Source: Vicugna vicugna (Eukaryota). From it: a stretch of 64,000 nt of DNA. How positions within the stretch are numbered: position 1 is the stretch's first letter; each line of letters starts with the position of its first letter. The stretch covers positions 3,707,967 to 3,771,966 of the forward strand of contig MU058636.1 of NCBI GenBank assembly GCA_013265495.1. The letters are read 5' to 3'. Below the pieces are notes generated by a model. That model saw only the letters and a list, made by a program, of their open reading frames with translations, did not search any database and was not told the origin of the DNA. Below, piece after piece: positions 56,138 through 64,000 of this stretch. The position numbers were made by a program, and so were the translations under genes.

Positions 56138-56675
56138 AAAAGAATAACTCTTCTTCTTTCCGGCTTACTTCACTTAGAATGACAGTCTCCAGGTCCATCC
56201 ATGTTGCTGCAAATGGCATTATTTTATTCTTTTCTGTGGCTGAAATACCATGATATCACTCATAGGTGGAATCTGAAAAAAAAAAAAAAGACACAAATGA
56301 ACTTACCTACAAAACAGAAACAGACTCACAGACATAGAAAACAAACTTATGTTACCAGTTGGGGAAGGCGGGGGGAAGGGATAAATTGGGAATTTGAGAT
56401 GTGCAGATACTAACTACCATATATAAAATAGATGAACAATGAGTTTCTTCTGTATAGCCCAGGGAACTATATTCAGCATCTTGTAGTCACCTATAGTGAA
56501 AAAGAATATGAAAAAGAATATATGTATGTGTATGTAGGACTGAAACATTATGCTGTACACCAGAAACTGACAGAGCATTGTAAACTGGATATACTTCAAT
56601 TAAAAAAAAAATGAGGCACCAGTAAAGAATAAACGTTTTTAAAACTTGTTAAAAAAAAAAAAAAGAAGAACTCTT
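56138..56675 (+). mobile_element. 5'-truncated L1 3' end with 5' inversion and 3' transduction, in MEDAG intron 4
   Basis: TSD AAAAGAA(T/G)AACTCTT at 56138-56152 and 56661-56675. Inverted L1 piece ~56153-56243, direct L1 3' end ~56244-56601, A10, 39-bp unique tag with AATAAA at 56628, then a second A tract. Confidence 0.88.
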
Positions 56676-56872
56676 GAGAATGCTACAGATCACATGGGGT
56701 GTGTTCTAGCTTTGAATACCCAGCGCCTCCGCCCAGGACTAGTCTGTTGCGGTTAAGGAAGTGGCATCAGTCAGGTCTTGTCTGGATTTGTCTTTTGCTG
56801 AGCCCTTCTCTGTCCCAGGCTAGTCTGGGCTGGAAGGCAATGTCCTTGAACCAGAACTCCTGCTGCTGATTG

Positions 56873-56906
56873 CAAACAAACAAACAAACAAAAACAAGCA
56901 AACAAA
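56873..56906. repeat. (CAAA)n simple repeat
   Basis: Read directly from the sequence. Confidence 0.85.
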
Positions 56907-57855
56907 AGAACACCAGTCTCTATGAACCTGCAGTTTTCAAAAAATTAGAAAAAAAACAAACCCAAAGGTTTCATTAATTGTATTTGATGACAGTTCCTTT
57001 CTTCCAGTGTTTCTAGCAAAAATGCTTACTCCTAGCTCGCTCTTATCCTGGAAGGAGCTTCTCTGTGTCTCCCTCCTCCCCCCCCCCCAACCCCTTGCTG
57101 TAACTTCCTCTGCTGGTTGTTTCCTACAAAGATGCCCTTCTGCTCTGCTCCATGGCAGCCATGTGGGTGGTTATACGCTCTTCCTATTTGGGGAGGATTA
57201 CCTTGCCTGGTTGCAGCCATCCCAGATGCCTGGTCCTTCCTGTGACGCCCTCCAGCCTCACCCACTGGCCACTGCAGCCTGGGCAGCGCTTCACTGTTTC
57301 ACTATTGCTCACCCTCTATCCTATATGCTGCCCGGATGTCCACCCACATCCTGGGGACACTGTGGGGCATGTGAAATTGGGCAGTGCTTCCTTGCAAGTT
57401 TCCTCTGAGCCAGCCCTGGGGCCACTTCCACTCCAGGGCAGTGAGAAGGACACTTCAAGGCCCACGGAGCCATCATTATGCACCATAGTTGGCCCAGCCA
57501 CTATGCAGCAGCCCCCACCGCCTCCCAGCAGACAGCTCCACCGGCTCTGCCCCTGTGATCAGTTAGCCCAGCTCCATCTCCACTCAAAAACTGACCTGTG
57601 TCCCAGCATCTGTCCCCCACCTGTGGGCCTTTTGTCATCAAATGAGAAAGGGTACCTGCATCTCCAGGCCCTGGAGAAAACAGGTGACAATCCACATCCT
57701 GCAGGTAAACAGAAAGCAACACGTTTCTGTCAGCTTTCTGAGTTTTTCTGGGGAAGCCAGATTCGCTGTTCATTATTGAAATGGTTACGCTGGGTGTTGC
57801 ACGGGTTTTAAGGCACTGTTGGGTTATGGTTTTGTTTTCCCAGTGATGGTAATAA

Positions 57856-58005
<150 letters not shown>

Positions 58006-59540
58006 TTGGACTGGACACTCGGGGTTTCCTCCTGCTCCCCGGGCCTGCGCCACAACTAAGGTTGAGGGAACGAGAGAGAGGTGGGAGGCAGGCACTTCCG
58101 CCCTCTGCTCCTACAGACACCCCTCTCTTCCATGTCCACGGGCAGTGCCTTGGCAGCTGACTTCAGGATTGGGGGGCTTTGGCCCCATGGCCTGGGGCGG
58201 GGGGTGGTGTCCTCTCCTTTTAACACTTCTCCAAAGAGGCAGAGGGAGCGGCAGGTCCTGCCACCCTGAACACTTTGCTGACACCCTGGCGTCCTGAGAA
58301 CTTCCCGGGCAGCCTTTGTGGGAGCCCTCTGACTTGGGTTTTGCCCTGTAATGCTTCATAAATTTGGGTTCAGCCCTCTGCTTGGAACATCCTTGTCTGA
58401 ACCCACACCCAGCAAGCATGGGGTTAGCAGTGCTATTCTCTTGCAAATTTGGCTGGGCAAAAAGCCAGGACATCTCTCCTTGAAAGGCAAGTCTGTTTTT
58501 CATCCTGCCTATAGGACACCTTAGGAGAAACATTCAAGGTACGATTTGCTGGAGGACTGGCCAGGTGGATAACCCCGCCCCCCACTGCCTGCAATTTGAA
58601 CTCCCTTGGCCTCCCTCTTATCAACGTGGCCTGTGTAGAAAGAGGCCAGGTGATGTGATACCAGACATGACAGGAGAAGGGTAATGTATACGGCAGTGTC
58701 CTCTTTATTAAAAGCACATTATGTCAGTTGGGTATTTTATAAGCTTTTAGTTCTCCTAACACTAAAAGCAAAATTGAAGAAAGCTATACCATTACCATAA
58801 TACGTTGTTACATCAATACATTTTTCATCTCATAGCTACAGTGGAGTTCTTCAAAAAGAAAAAAAAATCATCCTATTTACATATAAAAACCTGCACGAAT
58901 GATTCACTACATATACAATAATGAGGAAGATGTATGGGTCCTGAGTATAATTTTTGTATCCTTTTAAAGAATATTTCTGTATTATACATTTTGATAGCAC
59001 TACTAATCGGCCTTTCACTTATATTTGAAATGTTGTGTACTATATTTGTGCAGTTAAATGTTTCCTTAGCATTCAGCATAGAGTTGATTAACTTTGTGAC
59101 CAAGCGTGTGCGATCCTCCCTGGGTTCCGCAGGGGGTGTGCTTGCCTTGTAACTTACTAACTCACAGCAGAACTGTGGTCTTACGGCTACTTTCTGAAGA
59201 AGAGCCTTTTAAAGAGCAGGTCTATGAAGAATTTGAAGAAAAAAAAAATTGATACTGATGTTTCAGAAAAGGGAACTATTCCTTAATAACAGAAGAGGAC
59301 AAACATTTGTTACTCAGCTCAGTGCAAAATGGAGAGTATGAACAATAACATAAATGTTATGCCAAAGCAAACAAACCACTGGTGAATATCAAATATTACA
59401 TGCTTCCCAAAGGAAATAGAAACCCTATTCACAAAAACTGACAAAGTAGATTTTTCAAAAGTAGTTAAATCTGGGGAAACCATTGGGAACCACTCCAGGA
59501 ATGGACTAAAGATCTGAAAGCTTTCTTTTATCATTAAAAT
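58006..59540 (+). other. MEDAG: MEDAG 3'UTR (end uncertain)
   Basis: Follows the stop codon and becomes AT-rich from ~58700. Candidate poly(A) hexamers ATTAAA at 58707-58712 and 59533-59538. The true end cannot be fixed from sequence. Confidence 0.5.
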
Positions 59541-60019
59541 TTGTTTTTCAGTTGACTCAGCAGTCACTCATTTGAAATTCACTCAGCAAACTTTTATCGA
59601 CTCCCTCTAAAGAAATGTACACTGTGCTAACGTATTTCATTAGCAAATGTCACAAAGAAGCAAAATTGGGAAATCTTTAAAGTTGGTGAAAAGTCTATTG
59701 GGACAGATGTTCCTGGGTAGAAGAGATCTGGGGATATATGTGGCCTGATTCCGATGTTTTGACAGACTAAGACCACTAGAAATCTATAGGACAGGAATGG
59801 CCTAAGCAATCATCCATTCGTTCAACAGGTATGATTGAGTGCCTGCTGTGTGCAGTGCACGAGGCTGGTATATTGTACCTAAAACGTGGCTCCTACTTTC
59901 AAGGAGCTCCCAGTCTTGTAAAGGTGCATAAGCTAGTAAGAACAATCAAATAAGTGCCACGGGGGAGATTCAAAAAGGAAAGCATCTAAAAATCTTGGGA
60001 TCCAGTTTTGGAGATAAAA

Positions 60020-60520
60020 TTAATGAAATATAACTGTAAAATTTAGCTTTAAAACAAACATGTAAGGATTGATTTATTCAAGCAACTGATTTATTGAAGC
60101 TCTCAGTTGAAAGAGCCACCTTGGAAGCTATTAATTTGTTCCAATAAGAATGCAAATCCAGACATTATCTACAGAATGAAGGAGTTTTTTCCTTATTACC
60201 TCATGGTTATAGTTTGATTTTTGGCCAAAGGATAACATTGCCAGACTTGATTGCCTACCTTAATTATCAGCTCAAGTTTCTTCTTACTGTTTCAAATACC
60301 CAGTCTATCTTCAAAGAGCAAAGTTACACCCCTATTTAAGACATTCAAAAGGATGTGCATCAATTTCTGAAGGGAGTTTCTAAAGAATTTCAAAAATGCT
60401 TTAAGCAATCATGGTGTCATTAGAATAAACGATTACTTTGAAGAAGAGAACATTCATTTGGATGGATAAATGCTGGTATAACAGATTTAAAATGACTGTT
60501 CACACTTGATATTCACGGCT
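60020..60520 (+). mobile_element. Mariner-family DNA transposon relic, MARNA-like
   Basis: gacattcaaaaggatgtgc...ctgaagg...caaaaatgctttaagcaat...tactttgaagaagagaacattcatttggatg resembles the recalled MARNA 3' part. Confidence 0.65.
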
Positions 60521-60915
60521 TGAATAAACTTGAGAGGACTAACAATGCAAGGTGTTAGTAATTACTCTTAAGAGTTCAGAGAAGAGCAAAACACAAGAAT
60601 CAGAGACAGCAGAGATGGCCCAGGAGGGAGGTGACATTTATACACGATTGATGAGGTTTTGATAGAATCAAGGTCTGAACTTGCTCTCATGGCTTTATTT
60701 GGATAAAATGTAAGTGAGTTTGGTGAATGGCAAGCTACAAGCAGAGCTTAGAATTTACCCTATTAAACTGGGCTGTCCTAATAAAATAGAGAATATTACA
60801 GAATTTTCTTCTGTGGATTTTTTCAATGAAAGGATAGCATTCATTCATGGACTGCTTAACCTCAACCCCTCTTAGTGGCAGATATGAACCAGATGACCTC
60901 AGGAAGACACGGATC

Positions 60916-61333
60916 TCTGATAGTTAATTTTATGTGTCAGTCTGGCTGGGCTGCGGTGTCCAGATGTCTCGATAAACATTAGTCTTGATGTTTCTATGAG
61001 GGTGTTTTTGGATGAAGCTAACACTGAGATCAGTGGACTTTAAGTAAAGCAGATGGCCCTCCACGATGCCAGTGGGCCTCTCCCATCATTCGAAGGCCTG
61101 AATATAACAGAAGTCTGACCTGCCCTGAGCAAGAGGAAATTCTCCACAGATGACCTTCAGACTTGAACTGCAAGGTCGGATCTGCCCAGAGTTGCCCGGG
61201 GTCTCTGGCCTGCTGGCCAGCTTTAGGACTTGCCAGGCTCCACAGCTGTGTGAGGCAGTTCCTTAAACGAAATCTCTTTCTGTAAGCACACGCTGTATTG
61301 GTTCTGTTTCTCTAGAGAACTCTTAATAATACA
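60916..61333 (+). mobile_element. Solo ERVL LTR, MLT2-like
   Basis: Starts tgatagttaattttatgtgtca and ends ttggttctgtttctctagagaac...aataca. Shares motifs with the element at 6068. Confidence 0.85.
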
Positions 61334-64000
61334 GTCTATCACAGAAATTGAGAAAATGTTTTATGAATTAATCAATCAGCCAAAACAAAAAGAAAAGGCA
61401 GTTTTTTTTTTTTAACATGAAGACACTTGAATAAAAGCACATACTACATAGTAATAGAAAGTCTTTGCCCCAAATGTAACAAGCAAGCCAGAGAGAGAAA
61501 CTTCACTCAGGAAATCTGTTTCCAAAGCACGTGGCATCGCTAAGGAAGGTCTGTGACCATTTCTGGGCTTTTGGACGCAGCCATCCACCCAGTCTCCCAT
61601 CAACTCTTTCCCATTCTCCCTCTCATTCAGGAGACAAACTTGCCTCTCCCATTGCCTGGAGCAGAGCTCCTCACACTTGAAGGTGCCCAGGAGTCTGCTG
61701 GCGGTTAAGCCGCAGGAGGTCTGGGTGGGGCCTGAGCTGCTGCGTTTCTAGCAGTTTCCCAGGTGGTACCCAGGCTGCCGGCCCTTGGACAAGGCACTAG
61801 ACCTACCTGCCCTTCTCATACTTTATGGATCACCTGGGGATCTGGTTAGAAAAGCAGACTCTCTGGCCGAGCTGACACACTGGCCTGTGTTCTGGCCAGA
61901 AGCCCGGGTGGCGGTGGGTGCGCTCGGTGCGGGGAGCAGCTTCCTGGCACACCTGCCTCCCTGGGCCCAGACCCCACCTGCTCTCTCCTGGAGCATCAAG
62001 TTCTCTCTCTCCCTGCTCCTTCCCCTTGGCCTATGAACTTGGCTAGTCCTCCCTCATTTCAAGTAGTAACTGTCTACCTGACCCACTCCCTCTTTCCCGC
62101 TAGACTTTCCTCCCTCACAGCCCAAATTTCTATCCTTGCTGTCCCCTCCGCCACCACCCACCCCGTCTCTACTATTCATCACATTCCCTCTGTAGTGTGT
62201 GTGGCAGAGAGAAATTTATTGTAATCATTTCACTTGGAAATAACCACTTAACATTTAACCCATTCAGTGTAACTACCTTCAGTTGGTTTTGATTAATTCA
62301 AAACACTGGAAGAGCCATCTTGGTGACCTAGATGTCTTTGTACCTGTATGGTTGACTCACTCTGGCGGGATACGGAACCTTGCTTCTCTTGCTCCAGGAG
62401 AAGAGCCCAAGATTTACTTAAACTAACCGACCTGACCCCGCTCTGTCGTCTAACCCACTTCAGCGCCTTCTCTGTGTGTCCAGGTGGACCCAGGCTTCAG
62501 AGCCTTCTGCTCAGCTCCCCGTCCCCTTTGCAGTGTGGAGGGACCGCGCTGTCAGGGGCCCTGGCGTGCGCAGGCGCAGGCCGTTCCGCCTCCTGGGCGC
62601 CTGCTCGGCCTTGTGGCCCCTCCCCCCCTCCCCTGAGCGCTCAGTGCAGGCAGCTCCTCTCCCGGGACCCGCCCCCCGGGCTCCCGTGGTACCGGGCATT
62701 GCCCTCAATGTGCTCAGTACTTGTTGAGGGGAAGAAGAAAGGAAACGAATTCTGCTTAATCCTTGAACAGAGTTGCCTTGAGGAATCCAAATCCAAAGGC
62801 AGGCAGAGTGCTGTACTGCTCACAATGCAGTGGGCCCATCCCAGCAATCCATTCTGAAGCAGAAATGAAAGATTCTAAAAAGGATGGAGATCAGAAGAGC
62901 AGTAAGACAAAAGGGCAATAGCTTTGGTTTGTGTGGCTTGAAGGGTTATAAATTGTCGTTAGAATTATTCACCTTTCAGCCCAGTGAGGTACGTTCTCAT
63001 ATATTCACTTTACAGACAAGGGAGCTGGGGCTCCGAGCAGCGTCTGCTCTCTCCCCGAGGCTCCCGGCTAGAAAGTGATGCGTCTTCTGACTCTCATTCA
63101 GTGCGTACCCCACCATTGCACGGCTTGCTTCAGACGAGGCAAATGTAGGATATTAATAAAAATTCACTTTTAAAACTCTATGTACTCACTGTGCTATTTT
63201 TAAAATATAGTTCTCTTAAATTATGCCATGCCAATTAGCTCTATTTCCAGACGATAATCTGTTATTGGGTGTTACTTTCTTAATTTAGACGCCACTACTA
63301 AATCCTAACTTAGACCTATCCCTTCTAATAACATCTACAGAAATCTAGGTCTCCTCATGTGTCCCACTATTCACTGCTCTAAATCTGAGAGTCTCAATGT
63401 GTTGCATTCATTCCATTACATGGATAGGACTCTCAGAAAATGCTAGTAGCGCTTCATTTTGAAGAAACTCCTTGCATATATTCGTGGGATCCTTACTTTG
63501 ATGCCTATTCTGTCTCCTTTGATAAACTCCCTTCTGTTACACCTCCCTGCTCCCCTAAGGTCCTATGTTAGAGTAACCCCTTGAAAGGATAAGGGATGGT
63601 TGTAAATTGCTTTCTAAACATGTTGCCAGCAATCTCCAACGCACACTTACTGTCTTCTCTGTGCACCCACGTGGGTAACAGCTGTGTCCTAACCTGGAGG
63701 CATTCAATATTACTGAGCACCTACTATGCCTCAGATTTTCAGGTAGGTGCCAATAATATGAATATAAAAGGCACTCCACATGATGGGAAAACTCTAACAT
63801 ACTTAGGGGTGGGAGACAGTTTCATCTGTGGGGACGGAAGATCAGTTCAATCGATAATCACAAAACACGGTTTTCGGTACCAGGAACGTGGCCTTGGGAG
63901 AAGAAAGGTGTCACAAACATCCCTGCTCTCTCCTCTTTCCAAGCACACTTTTCTCTCACCTTCCTTCCTCTGCTAATTCCTGTGCTCACTTCAGTCTAAT

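Noticed and set aside
59600..64000. TEX26 exon 1 expected from human synteny
   Set aside because: I could not find a matching coding segment; it probably starts beyond the window.

Overview
Mammalian genomic DNA, very probably camelid, judging from a Vic-1-like tRNA-derived SINE at 30561. The window holds one complete protein-coding gene, MEDAG (C13orf33), on the + strand. Five GT-AG-bounded coding exons (44905-45182, 51965-52074, 54848-54960, 55392-55677, 57881-58005) join to 912 nt, i.e. 303 aa plus stop, behind a CpG-island promoter. The first ~39 kb is intergenic and rich in old repeats (L1, L2, MIR, MLT1/MLT2, MER31-like, hAT). The other long ORFs in the track are GC-rich or repeat-derived artefacts. 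Four observations stand out. (1) A near-perfect 2097-bp tandem duplication lies just upstream of the MEDAG promoter; it is either real CNV or an assembly artefact. (2) Each copy contains a TSD-flanked chimeric retro-insertion of an L1 fragment, an mRNA-like 3' end and poly(A). (3) An L1 in intron 4 shows both a 5' inversion and a 3' transduction. (4) The exon1-exon2 junction rebuilds a 5' splice site identical to the real intron-4 donor, suggesting recursive splicing coupled to NMD. I see no convincing wholly new biological system. Repeat family names come from recalled consensus sequences and need RepeatMasker/Dfam confirmation.
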